A stretch of 64,000 nt of DNA, from contig JBBRLQ010000002.1 in the NCBI GenBank assembly GCA_038231275.1, positions 416,001 through 480,000 of the forward strand, read 5' to 3'. Of this stretch, positions 16,851 through 25,946 are shown in pieces. Below the pieces are notes generated by a model. That model was not told where the DNA came from. It ran no database searches and saw only the letters and a list, made by a program, of their open reading frames with translations. Source of the stretch: Polyangiales bacterium. GTDB lineage: Bacteria > Myxococcota_A > Polyangia > Polyangiales > Polyangiaceae. The position numbers and the translations under genes are program-made. Each line of letters begins with the position of its first letter. The stretch's first letter is position 1.

Positions 16851-18689
16851 CTACTCGACGATCCGCAGGCGCGTTCGCGGGTCCAGCCCCTTGGCGCTGC
16901 CCTCGACGTCCGGCGTCTTCACGTACGCGGCCGCGGGCTCGGCGGGCGACGGCGCGGCGCTCCAGATCGCGAAGTCGTCGGGCAACGGCCCTGGGAGCGT
17001 CGGCTGCACGGTGCGCTCGAGGAGCTGGAAATCGTTGCTCACCGTGAGGTTCAGCGGCAGCTTCTTCGCCGGCCCCTCCGCCTTGAACCACGCGCGCGCC
17101 GCCTGGACGTTCTGGATGAGGACGTAGTGCTGTGGGTCGACCTTCGCCGCGGTCGTGAAGTTGTCCATCATGCCGTCGAGGTCGCCGCGCGCCTTCGCGA
17201 TGCACGCGAGGTGGTTGTAGACGAGGCCCGGACAAGGGAACTCGAGCTCCTGCGCGCGCCGCACGTGCGTCTCCGCGCCATCGAGATCGCCCGCGTCGTA
17301 CAGCGCCACCGCGAGGTCCATGTGCGCCGCGTGATGATCGCCGAGAAGGTCGAGCGTCTCCTTACGCTCGGCGACGGTGTCGCGATGCAGATGACGAAGC
17401 CCGCTGTTCTGCGAGAACCACGCATTCATACGTGCCGTGTCCGTCTCCGACGCGTCGAACGGGATCTTCAATTCCTGGAAGCGCTCCTGGAAGTAGATCT
17501 CGCGATTGAGCCAGCCGGCCTTCTCGGCGTCCTTGAAGTCCGGGGTCCCGGGGTAGATGGAGAGGCACGAGAAGATGTACTCGTGAGGCCTCGCGCGCTC
17601 GAGAAAGCGATGCGTCTCCGCCATCGACTCCGCCGTCTCGCCGCGGTTGCCGAGCATCATGTAATAGCGAACCTTGATGCCGTATTTCTTCGCGAGCTGG
17701 GTCGTGCTCGCGATCTCGTCGACGGTGATCTTCTTCTCGATGAGGTCGAGGATGCGCTGCGAGCCGCTCTCGACGCCCAGGCTCAGGCGCTGGCATCCGG
17801 CGAGGCGCATCTCCTTCAAGAGCTCGTCGTTCAGCATGTCGACGCGCGTGTCGCAGCTCCAGAAGAACTTCAGCTTTCGCGCGCGCATCTCGCGGCACAT
17901 CTCGACCACGCGTTTCTTGTGGGTCGTGAAGGTGTCGTCCTTGATCTGGACCATCTTCACCGGGAGGCGCGCGACCATCTTCTCGAGGGCGTCGACGACG
18001 TAGCCGATCGAGTTCGCGCGGAAGCCGCGGCCCCAGCTCGTCTCCGCGCCGCAGAAAGTGCAGGCCCACGGGCAGCCGCGCGAGGTCATGAGGATGTGCG
18101 TGTCGAAGTAGTCTTGTGGCGAGGCGAGCGTGTCGAGATCCTTGATCTGCGGGCGTTCGGGCGCGACGACGATCGCGGCGCCGTCGCGGTACGCGGTGCT
18201 CGCGAGACCCTTGACGGGCGACCCCGCGGAGACACGGTCGACGATCTCGAGGAACGTGGCGTCGCTCTCGCCCACGCAGATCGTGTCGATGTGCGGGTGG
18301 TGGGCGAGGAGCTCCTTTGCGAGCGGCGTCGCGTGCGGGCCGCCGACGACCACGTGCGCGCGCGGGTGGACGCGCTTGACGAGCTCCGCGACGAGGGCGA
18401 CGCCTCGCCGATTCGCGGTCCAGCACGACATGCCGAAGACGTCGGCGTCGAGCGCGCGCACAATCTCCTCCACGCGCGACCACGCGAATCCGCTCAGGTT
18501 CAGGACCTTCACCTGATGCCCCGCGCGGAGGGCTTGCGCACCGATCGAGAAGAGCCCGTAGGGGGTCTGGTAGAAATCCGCGTCGAGATCGCCCGCTTTG
18601 TAGCCGTCGGGAGGACCGTCGACAGGATCGGGCGCCTCGGAGGCCGCGGCAATCTTCCACGGCGGCGGGTAGACGAGCGCGATCTTCAC
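16851..18689 (-). CDS. Cobalamin-binding radical SAM enzyme with C-terminal TPR-like region
   Basis: VVGGPHAT and GESD B12-binding motifs, SRGCPWACTFC (CxxxCxxC), LGVESG; TPR-like helices after the barrel. Confidence 0.9.
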   Translation of the reverse strand: MKIALVYPPPWKIAAASEAPDPVDGPPDGYKAGDLDADFYQTPYGLFSIGAQALRAGHQVKVLNLSGFAWSRVEEIVRALDADVFGMSCWTANRRGVALVAELVKRVHPRAHVVVGGPHATPLAKELLAHHPHIDTICVGESDATFLEIVDRVSAGSPVKGLASTAYRDGAAIVVAPERPQIKDLDTLASPQDYFDTHILMTSRGCPWACTFCGAETSWGRGFRANSIGYVVDALEKMVARLPVKMVQIKDDTFTTHKKRVVEMCREMRARKLKFFWSCDTRVDMLNDELLKEMRLAGCQRLSLGVESGSQRILDLIEKKITVDEIASTTQLAKKYGIKVRYYMMLGNRGETAESMAETHRFLERARPHEYIFSCLSIYPGTPDFKDAEKAGWLNREIYFQERFQELKIPFDASETDTARMNAWFSQNSGLRHLHRDTVAERKETLDLLGDHHAAHMDLAVALYDAGDLDGAETHVRRAQELEFPCPGLVYNHLACIAKARGDLDGMMDNFTTAAKVDPQHYVLIQNVQAARAWFKAEGPAKKLPLNLTVSNDFQLLERTVQPTLPGPLPDDFAIWSAAPSPAEPAAAYVKTPDVEGSAKGLDPRTRLRIVE

Positions 18690-18749
18690 GTCCCAAGCTT
18701 AGCGAATGGCGGGACAAACACGAACGCCCAGCTGCCCCGATGTTTTCCG

Positions 18750-19334
18750 CTAGTCCTTGGGCGGCGAGGGCGGCGCGAGCGAGACCTGGGTGTCGTCGTC
18801 CGACGGCGGCATCATCGACGGGGGTACGGACGAGCGGCGCTCGAGGGCGGCGCGGCATTGTTCTGCGATCGCGCGCGCCATGCGATCGTTCGGGTTCGCC
18901 TCGAGGAGCGTCTCGGCGAGGATCAGCGCCGCCGGATGATCGCTTTCGAGGAAGCGTCGACACATCTCGCGGCTTGGCTCGCCGCGCGTGACCGTGACGT
19001 ACACAGGCGTCGCCTCTTCGCTGTCGGCGGGGAGCGGGCCGATCTCCGCGCCGGTCGGCGCCTCGGAGTCGAAGCGCTCCGGATCGGTTGGCGCGGGGGC
19101 TGGCACCGTCTCGGGCCGGAAGATCGCCGCCTGGCACTCGGTCTGGATCGCGAGCGCCATCACGTCATCCGGCTGGAGGCGCAGGACCTCCTCCGCCATC
19201 GCGAGCGCGTCGGGGTAGTCGCTCTCGAGGAAGCGCCGGTACATCTCGCGCGCGCGATCGGCGCTCGCGGCGACGATGATCGCCTCCGCGCTCGGATCGA
19301 CTTCGCCCGACGGCTCTCGCTTGTCCTCGACCAC
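18750..19334 (-). CDS. Hypothetical protein with an internally duplicated ~43-aa TPR-like unit
   Basis: REMYRRFLESDYPDAL... and REMCRRFLESDHPAAL...; GTG start after gaggggac. Confidence 0.65.
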   Translation of the reverse strand: MVEDKREPSGEVDPSAEAIIVAASADRAREMYRRFLESDYPDALAMAEEVLRLQPDDVMALAIQTECQAAIFRPETVPAPAPTDPERFDSEAPTGAEIGPLPADSEEATPVYVTVTRGEPSREMCRRFLESDHPAALILAETLLEANPNDRMARAIAEQCRAALERRSSVPPSMMPPSDDDTQVSLAPPSPPKD

Positions 19335-19420
19335 GTCCCCTCTCGAACTCCGGGGCGACCTTGCCACCTTCGCCGCGAAAAGCAAAGCGCTTGCGCGTTG
19401 CTCGTCTAGCGCGTGGCGGC

Positions 19421-21088
19421 TCAGCTCGGCTCGGACGCCGGCGCTTCGCTCCCACGAGGCGGAGGGGCGTCGCGTTCTTCCGTCAGGAGCGGAAGATCGA
19501 TCTCGAAGACGGCGCCCCCGCCCGAGCCGGATCGCACCGAGATGCGCCCTGCATGGCGCTCGACGATCGTGCGGGCGATGTAGAGGCCGAGGCCCGTGCC
19601 GCTCCACTCGCCACCGCGCTTCGTCGAGAAGCCGCGCTCGAAGACCTTCTCGTGCAGCTCCGACGGAATCCCTGGACCGCGATCCTCTACCGTTAGGATG
19701 GCGCGACCATCGCGGGCGACGACGCGGACCTTCACGGTGCCCTCGCCGCCCATCGCTTGCGCGGCGTTCGTCACGAGGTTGACCGCCACCTGGCCGAGCT
19801 GCCCCTCATGCGCGGCGATCTTCGCAGGCTGGAGCTGCATGTCGACGTTCACGCGGCCGAGGTGCCGGGAGAGCGGCCGCACCGCGGTTTCGACTTCGAG
19901 CGCCAGATCACGCGGAGCGAGCTGCGATGGAGTGCTCCGGTAGAGGCTCACGAACCAACCGAGCACGGTGCGGATGCGCTCGACGCCGGCGCGCATGTCG
20001 CGTGTGACCTCGACGAGATCGCCGACGTCGGTGGGCAGGCCCCCCTCGAGGAAGTTGAGGTTGGCGCTCACCACTGTCAGCGGGTTCTTGAACTCGTGCG
20101 CGAGCTCTCCCACCGCTTCGCCGAGGAGCTTGTTCTCGCCGGCGAGGAGCAGCTCCGCCTTGAGCTTCTCCATCTCGAGGATCGTCGTTCGCAGGTATGC
20201 GTTCTGCTCGCGCAGCTGCTGCAGCGTACGGGCGAGGGCCTTGGTGCGCTCGGCGACGCGCTCCTCGAGCACTTCGTTGGAGCCGAGGAGATCGTCGAAG
20301 CGCGCGGCGAACTCGCGCTCGTGCTCGGCGAGGACGCGGCGCTGCTCCTCGGTCGTGCTGGTCATGAGCCGCCGAAGGCGCGAGAGGCGCATCTCGCGAC
20401 CGACGAGCGCACCGATGATCGGCGCGAGGAGCCACCACCCGGTAGGCGCCAGCAGGAGGCCCACCGCGAGGACGAGGGCCCCGAGCCCCGCGCCGATCGT
20501 CGCGAGCGGGCGCTCGTTGCGCCAGTGCACCGAGTACTCGCACGCGTCCGCACCCTTCGCGAAGCAGCGCTCCTCGGTCAGCTCCGCCGGGGGAAGATCG
20601 AAGAGGAGCGGCACCGCGTGCAAGACCCCCCGGGCGACCTGGCACGAGTGCACGTGACGCGGAAGGCCGGCGCGGTACCGCAGCGTGATCGTCGCCTTGT
20701 TCCTCGCCATCGCCCCGACCTCGAAGCGGACGTGACGCGCGAAGAACTCGCGCGCATGATCGATGTTCGCGAAAAAGAGGCGGGGCGTTGCCAGCGCGGT
20801 CAAGCTCATCGCCGAGAGATCGCGGCGCGTGGGGACCACCCAGGTGACGGCGTCCGTGATCACCTCGCCGCCGATTTGTTTGGAGAGAGCGTCGGCGACC
20901 GCCTCCAGCGCCTCGAGGGATACCCACGCGTGCGCGTCGCTGCTCGTGCGCGCGTCGACGGCGTTCGCGGCGAGCGCCTCTTCGGTGGCGACGACCGCCG
21001 CGTTCTTGCCGATCTTCTGCGCGGCGTAGTCGGTCAGCGCGTGGACGAGGCGCATGTTCACATCGGCGGCGCGCGCGGGCTCGGTCAT
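19421..21088 (-). CDS. Sensor histidine kinase with N-terminal V4R-like domain
   Basis: AHEFKNPL H-box, NLVTNAAQA, DRGPGI, FSTK, GTGLGL; EERCFAKGADACEY motif then TM segments. Confidence 0.9.
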   Translation of the reverse strand: MTEPARAADVNMRLVHALTDYAAQKIGKNAAVVATEEALAANAVDARTSSDAHAWVSLEALEAVADALSKQIGGEVITDAVTWVVPTRRDLSAMSLTALATPRLFFANIDHAREFFARHVRFEVGAMARNKATITLRYRAGLPRHVHSCQVARGVLHAVPLLFDLPPAELTEERCFAKGADACEYSVHWRNERPLATIGAGLGALVLAVGLLLAPTGWWLLAPIIGALVGREMRLSRLRRLMTSTTEEQRRVLAEHEREFAARFDDLLGSNEVLEERVAERTKALARTLQQLREQNAYLRTTILEMEKLKAELLLAGENKLLGEAVGELAHEFKNPLTVVSANLNFLEGGLPTDVGDLVEVTRDMRAGVERIRTVLGWFVSLYRSTPSQLAPRDLALEVETAVRPLSRHLGRVNVDMQLQPAKIAAHEGQLGQVAVNLVTNAAQAMGGEGTVKVRVVARDGRAILTVEDRGPGIPSELHEKVFERGFSTKRGGEWSGTGLGLYIARTIVERHAGRISVRSGSGGGAVFEIDLPLLTEERDAPPPRGSEAPASEPS

Positions 21089-22599
21089 GGCGCCTTCGCC
21101 TTTCCGCGCTGTCGGGCGTACGAGGCAGAGCGACGCGGCGTAGGCTTGGCGACGACCTCGGAGACTCGCGCCGCGGCGTACGCGACGAGCACCGCCGGCA
21201 AGAGCCCCGCGCGCAGCGCGAGCAAGAGCGCGCGCGAAGGAACCGGCGGCTGAAGCGGCTCCGGCAGCCCGCTCGTGACCCCCGCATCTTGGAGGAGCGC
21301 GCGCGCCGCGTGGAGCGAGGCCTGCACGGCTCCCTCCATGCATGCGAGATCGATCCCGTTCTTCGCGTAGTCCCCGGCGACGTAGAGGTTCTTGGCGTGG
21401 GAGCGCGCCGTTGGCCGGTTGGGCCACGCGCCGATCGTGTTGATGAAGAGCGGCGTGGTGACGTTGGTGTTGATCACGACGTCGGCGATGTCCTGATCTT
21501 TGATCGGGAGATAGTCGAAGATCTCGCCGAGGAGCACGCGCGTGGCCGCCTCCTCGGAGAGCGCGCGCAGCGGCGCGAAGTTGCTCGAGATGAAGCTCAG
21601 CTCCGAGCCTTCCCACCCGCTCCATAGCGGCGCGACGTCGATGAACGAGAGCCCGTACGCCCCGCCGTGGAAAAAGACGTGCTCGCGCGGCATCTGCGGG
21701 AGCCGCTTCTTGGTGCGCACGTGAAGCGAGCTCATCGGCTGCGCCTCGAGAAGGTGCATGTTGCCGAGCGCCGGATCGAGGGCGAAGAGTTTGTCGTCGA
21801 CCCACCCGCGCGCGACCTCGAAGGGGACGGCCAGCACGAACGCGTCGGCGGTGAGACGCTCGTCGCCGATCTTGACCGCCGCGACGCGCCCGTCCTCCAC
21901 CTCGAAGCCGGTGACGTCCACCCCCAGCCGCACCTCCACCCCCGCGTCGCGCACCGTCTTCGCGAGCGGATCGATGAATGTAGACTGCAAGTCCCCCGGC
22001 AGGACGCTCAGGAAGGGCGACGCCTGCTTCATCCAATACCCGCCGATGTGCTTGGCGGTCATCGCGCTCATCTCGTAGGCGGGGATCGCGCTCGCCTTGA
22101 GCAGGTTCTCCTGGTTCATCTCGGCGACGGCCTCGGTGACGTACCAGGCCTTGCGCATCAGCCCGATCTCGCTGACGCGATCGAGCAGGCGCTTGTTCGA
22201 CATGTCCTGCGAGATGAGATCGAGCGTGAAGTTGTAGAAGAGGAGCGTCTGGTACCAGGGGAGGAGGCCGTGCCCGAGGTTGTAGAGCACGGCGCCGAGG
22301 CCGCTCGGGCCGCGGACGGTCACCTTGCTCGGGTACGCGCCGGGCAGGAGGTAGTGGTAGCGATCGAAATCGATCAACGTGACGTCGATCTCGCGCAGGA
22401 TGCGCCGGACGTTCGGGTACCAGGCGGGGAAGACGTGGTAGCCGTGCTCGACGAGGCGCTCGCCGTGACGATTCGCGCCGGCCTTGCCGCCGAGCCGATC
22501 GCTCTTCTCGAGGAGCGTGACCTTGCGGCCCGTCGCCGCGATCGCGCGGGCCGAGACCATTCCGGCCAGCCCTCCTCCGACGACGACGACGCGCTGCAT
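21085..22599 (-). CDS. FAD-dependent oxidoreductase (amine oxidase / carotene desaturase / HpnE-like)
   Basis: VVVGGGLAG, LGGKAG, EHGYHVF, AGDY, MEGAV. Confidence 0.85.
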   Translation of the reverse strand: MQRVVVVGGGLAGMVSARAIAATGRKVTLLEKSDRLGGKAGANRHGERLVEHGYHVFPAWYPNVRRILREIDVTLIDFDRYHYLLPGAYPSKVTVRGPSGLGAVLYNLGHGLLPWYQTLLFYNFTLDLISQDMSNKRLLDRVSEIGLMRKAWYVTEAVAEMNQENLLKASAIPAYEMSAMTAKHIGGYWMKQASPFLSVLPGDLQSTFIDPLAKTVRDAGVEVRLGVDVTGFEVEDGRVAAVKIGDERLTADAFVLAVPFEVARGWVDDKLFALDPALGNMHLLEAQPMSSLHVRTKKRLPQMPREHVFFHGGAYGLSFIDVAPLWSGWEGSELSFISSNFAPLRALSEEAATRVLLGEIFDYLPIKDQDIADVVINTNVTTPLFINTIGAWPNRPTARSHAKNLYVAGDYAKNGIDLACMEGAVQASLHAARALLQDAGVTSGLPEPLQPPVPSRALLLALRAGLLPAVLVAYAAARVSEVVAKPTPRRSASYARQRGKAKAP

Positions 22600-22782
22600 T
22601 TTTCTGCCCAGTCTCGAGCCCCTGAGCCGGTATGGCCTCGGGAGGCTCAGAGTAGCCGACGCCAAGCACCAACGGGGGAACGCGCGTTCCCGTTCCATTC
22701 CGTCCGTCCATGGCGGACTTTTGGGGTCCGGAGCACGACGCAACCCTGTGTCGGACACTGGGGGGTGGTATCGTCCGCGGCC

Positions 22783-23244
22783 ATGTCTCAGCCAGTGCCG
22801 TGCACGAACTGCGGCGCGATGATGGTGCCGCAATGGGACGGTCGGGTGCACGCCTGCCCGTTCTGCAAGACCCAGATCCAGGTCGCGATCTCGGGCGATC
22901 AGCTCGCCGCCGGGATGGCGCTCGATCTCGCGAACATCGACGCGTTCCTCGGCCGGCTTGCGCAGACGCTATGGCAGGGGTTCTCCGAGCACACGCGCAT
23001 CGAGGCGAACGGAAATTACGTGATGGCGATCGAGGTGAACCTCGAGCCCGACGTGTTCATGGTGCGGCGCGAAGGGAATCACGCGCAGGCGCACCACAAG
23101 AAGGTGGTTCGTGGCGTCGCGCTGCGAACGCGCGCGGTGGCCCTCGACGTGTGGGTGCAAATGCTGACCGACGCGCTCGCCGCGCACGCGAACACGAACG
23201 CGCGCGCCGCTTGGGTGCTCGGACAGCTCGGAGGGCCGCGATGA
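22783..23244 (+). CDS. Zinc-ribbon hypothetical protein, first gene of the YbjQ operon
   Basis: CTNC...CPFC; C-terminal VVRGVALRT motif; stop overlaps next ATG. Confidence 0.75.
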   Translation: MSQPVPCTNCGAMMVPQWDGRVHACPFCKTQIQVAISGDQLAAGMALDLANIDAFLGRLAQTLWQGFSEHTRIEANGNYVMAIEVNLEPDVFMVRREGNHAQAHHKKVVRGVALRTRAVALDVWVQMLTDALAAHANTNARAAWVLGQLGGPR

Positions 23245-24149
23245 CGATCCCCGGCGTGCACCCGTTCTTGCCCGATCGCCCAGTGAACGAGGCGCTGAGC
23301 CAGCAGCAGCTCGCGCAAGGCGGCCTTCCGCTCCGCGCGCAGCGGCGCATCCACGAGCTCAACGCTGGCGGCCGAGCGGTCTTCACGAGCACGCTGTCGA
23401 CGAGCGAGACGGTGGTCGCGCGCGCGACGGGGCTGTCGCCGATCAGCCAGGTGATGGGCTCGAGCGTCTTCCACGTCGGCTTCCGCGGCTTCACGACGTG
23501 GACTGGCGGCGAGCTCGTGCCCCTCACGCGCGCCTACGATCGCGCCCGCGCGCTGGCCCTGTCGCGGATGCAGCAGGAGGCGCAGCTGCTCGGCGCGCAC
23601 CTCGTCATCGACACGCGCTTCCTCGGCAGGGGCTACGACTGGGGGCAAGATCTCATCGAGTTCACCGCCGTCGGCACCGCGGTCCGCCTCGACGGACAAC
23701 CTCCGCCTCCCCTCCCTGCGCTGACGCTCCTCACCGCCGACGAGCTCTACAAGCTCCACCGCGCCGGCTACTGGCCCGTCGCGATCGCGATGGGCAATTG
23801 TTTTTTCTACGCGCGCCACGCCGACTGCGTGAGCGAGGGCACGTACTTCTCGAGCGAGCTGCCGGTTCACACGCAAGCGTCGCAGGTCGGGCGCGACCTC
23901 GCCGTGTCGCGCTTCCGCGCTTTCGCCGCCCACTTCGGGGCGCACGGCGTCGTGGGCGTCACCATCCAACGCGACGCCCGCGACCACGAGTACGAGTCGG
24001 GCGGCCGGAGCCACACCGCCTTCTCGCTCGACCTCGTCATGATGGGCACCGCCGTCGTCCGCCGCGGACAGGCCGAGGCCCCTCCGCGTCCGCCCCTCGT
24101 CGTCGATCTGCGCGACTCCCCTACCCGCTACGGAAAGCACGGTTACTGA
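23241..24149 (+). CDS. Double YbjQ-like (UPF0145, putative heavy-metal-binding) domain protein 1
   Basis: FTSTLS..E, VMGSSVFHVG, ARALALSRMQQEA, IEFTAVGTAV; second, diverged copy GAHGVVGV. Confidence 0.8.
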   Translation: MTIPGVHPFLPDRPVNEALSQQQLAQGGLPLRAQRRIHELNAGGRAVFTSTLSTSETVVARATGLSPISQVMGSSVFHVGFRGFTTWTGGELVPLTRAYDRARALALSRMQQEAQLLGAHLVIDTRFLGRGYDWGQDLIEFTAVGTAVRLDGQPPPPLPALTLLTADELYKLHRAGYWPVAIAMGNCFFYARHADCVSEGTYFSSELPVHTQASQVGRDLAVSRFRAFAAHFGAHGVVGVTIQRDARDHEYESGGRSHTAFSLDLVMMGTAVVRRGQAEAPPRPPLVVDLRDSPTRYGKHGY

Positions 24150-24151
24150 TC

Positions 24152-25009
24152 ATGGCGAACTACGTCCGCCCCCAGGTGCAGCGTCAGGCCCTCCCGCAGC
24201 ACGCCGCCGAGCGCATCCAGCGAATGCGCGGCGGTGGCCCGGGACAAGGTCCGCGATTTTTCACGAGCGACTTGTCCGTGAAGGAGTTCCTCCTCGTGCG
24301 CGAGGCGGGCTTCGAGTGCGCGGGGCTCGTGATGGGCTCGTCGATCTACCACGTGGGCTACCAGCAGGCCGGCTACACGCAGAACATGGAGATGGGCGTC
24401 CTCACGCAGGCGCTCTACCAAGCGCGTGAGCTGGCGATGGCGCGCATGGAAGAAGAGGCGCACGAGCTCGGCGCCGACGGCGTCATCGGCGTGCGCCTGC
24501 GCGTGAACCGCCACGCGTGGGGTGAGAACCTGCTCGAGTTCGTCGCGATCGGCACCGCCGTCTACGGCCGCCCCGAGACCGGACAGAAATTCCAGGTGCA
24601 GACCTGGCGCGCGCCCTCCGGCATGCCGTTCACGAGCGATCTGTCCGGCCAGGATTTCTGGATGCTGCTCAAGAGCGGCTACCGCCCGGTGTCACTCGTG
24701 ATGGGCAACTGCGTCTACCACGTTGCGCACCAGACGCTGGGGGGCTGGTTCTCGAGCGTCGGCCAGAACATCGAGATGCCGAATTTCACCCAGGCGCTCT
24801 ACGACGCGCGCGAGCTCGCGATGGAGCGGCTCCAATACGAGGCGCAGCTCGACGGCGCGAGCGGCGTCGTCGGCACCGAGGTGTACGAGACCTCCCACGG
24901 GTGGGACTCGCACGTCATCGAGTTCTTCGCGGTCGGCACGAGCGTGCTCCGCATCCACGCCGCCGAGGCGCCGCCGGTGCCCGAGCTCGTGATGACGGTG
25001 AACGAGTAG
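24152..25009 (+). CDS. Double YbjQ-like domain protein 2
   Basis: FTSDLS twice; ARELAMARMEEEA..GADGVIGV; IEFFAVGT. Confidence 0.85.
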   Translation: MANYVRPQVQRQALPQHAAERIQRMRGGGPGQGPRFFTSDLSVKEFLLVREAGFECAGLVMGSSIYHVGYQQAGYTQNMEMGVLTQALYQARELAMARMEEEAHELGADGVIGVRLRVNRHAWGENLLEFVAIGTAVYGRPETGQKFQVQTWRAPSGMPFTSDLSGQDFWMLLKSGYRPVSLVMGNCVYHVAHQTLGGWFSSVGQNIEMPNFTQALYDARELAMERLQYEAQLDGASGVVGTEVYETSHGWDSHVIEFFAVGTSVLRIHAAEAPPVPELVMTVNE

Positions 25010-25021
25010 CGGAGCGGGCTG

Positions 25022-25777
25022 ATGAGCGGATACTTCACCAGCGATCTGTCGATCGACGAGCTGCTCCTCGTAGAGGAGTGCGGCTTCGAGCCGCTCGAGC
25101 TCGTGCAGGGGTCGAGCTACTACCACATCGGATGGTCGTCGGCGCCGTGGACGACCAACATGGAGCTCGGCAACGTGTCGCAGATGATGCTGGCGGCGCG
25201 GCACGTCGCCATGAAGCGCTTGACCGATCAAGCCGCGCAGCTCGGCGCCGACGGCGTCGTCGGAATGCGCATCGACATGGAGCGCGAGGGCCACCACGCG
25301 GAGTTCGTTGCGGTGGGCACCGCCGTGAAGCGCCGCAAGGGCGACGGCGCGGCGTGGCGTGATCGCTACGGGCGCCCCTTCACGAGCGATCTCTCCGGCG
25401 TCGATTTCTGGGGCATCGTGCGCGCCGGGTACCGGCCGGTGAGCCTCGCCCACGGCGTGTGCGTCTATCACGTCGCGCACCTGTCGCTCGGGCAGTGGTG
25501 GAAGAGCCTCGGGCAGGCGCAGCAGAACATGGAGCACGCCGCCTTCACCCAGGGTCTCTACGACGCGCGTGAGCTCGCGATGGCGCGGATGCAGTACGAG
25601 GCGCACGAGGCAGGGGCCACCGCCGGCGTGCTCGCCGTCGACGTTCGCGAGGAGAGCCACGGCTGGGACTCGCACGTGATCGAGTTCGTCGCGGTGGGCA
25701 CCGGCGTGGCGCCGCTCGACGCGGCGGATCACGAGCTCCACGCGCCTGCGCGCGCCGTGCTCTTCGCGCAGGACTGA
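25022..25777 (+). CDS. Double YbjQ-like domain protein 3
   Basis: FTSDLS twice; GADGVVG; SHGWDSHVIEFVAVGT. Confidence 0.85.
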   Translation: MSGYFTSDLSIDELLLVEECGFEPLELVQGSSYYHIGWSSAPWTTNMELGNVSQMMLAARHVAMKRLTDQAAQLGADGVVGMRIDMEREGHHAEFVAVGTAVKRRKGDGAAWRDRYGRPFTSDLSGVDFWGIVRAGYRPVSLAHGVCVYHVAHLSLGQWWKSLGQAQQNMEHAAFTQGLYDARELAMARMQYEAHEAGATAGVLAVDVREESHGWDSHVIEFVAVGTGVAPLDAADHELHAPARAVLFAQD

Positions 25778-25946
25778 GACGCGCCGCGCACCGCATTTTT
25801 TTTGCCGGCGTCGACTGAGGCGAGCTTGCTGTGACCACCTGGTCACGAGCGCCACAAGGTGAGGCCTCGGTGCCTCACGGTCACTCCATGGTCCACTTGC
25901 GCGCGCCGAATGCGTGAGCACGTAGGACTGCGAAGGAGGGTCAACC

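Noticed and set aside
19421-22711. 1096-aa ORF suggesting a giant kinase
   Set aside because: The N-terminal half is an off-frame read of the flavoenzyme; the kinase starts at 21088.
22607-22780. Resemblance of cccctgagccggtat to part of 6S RNA
   Set aside because: Only a short match; no long closing stem and no zapA / formyl-THF cyclo-ligase context.
25831-25878. Two short hairpins (gtgacc-acct-ggtcac; gtgaggc-ctcggt-gcctcac) as a riboswitch
   Set aside because: Short stems expected by chance at this GC content; no recognisable aptamer consensus.
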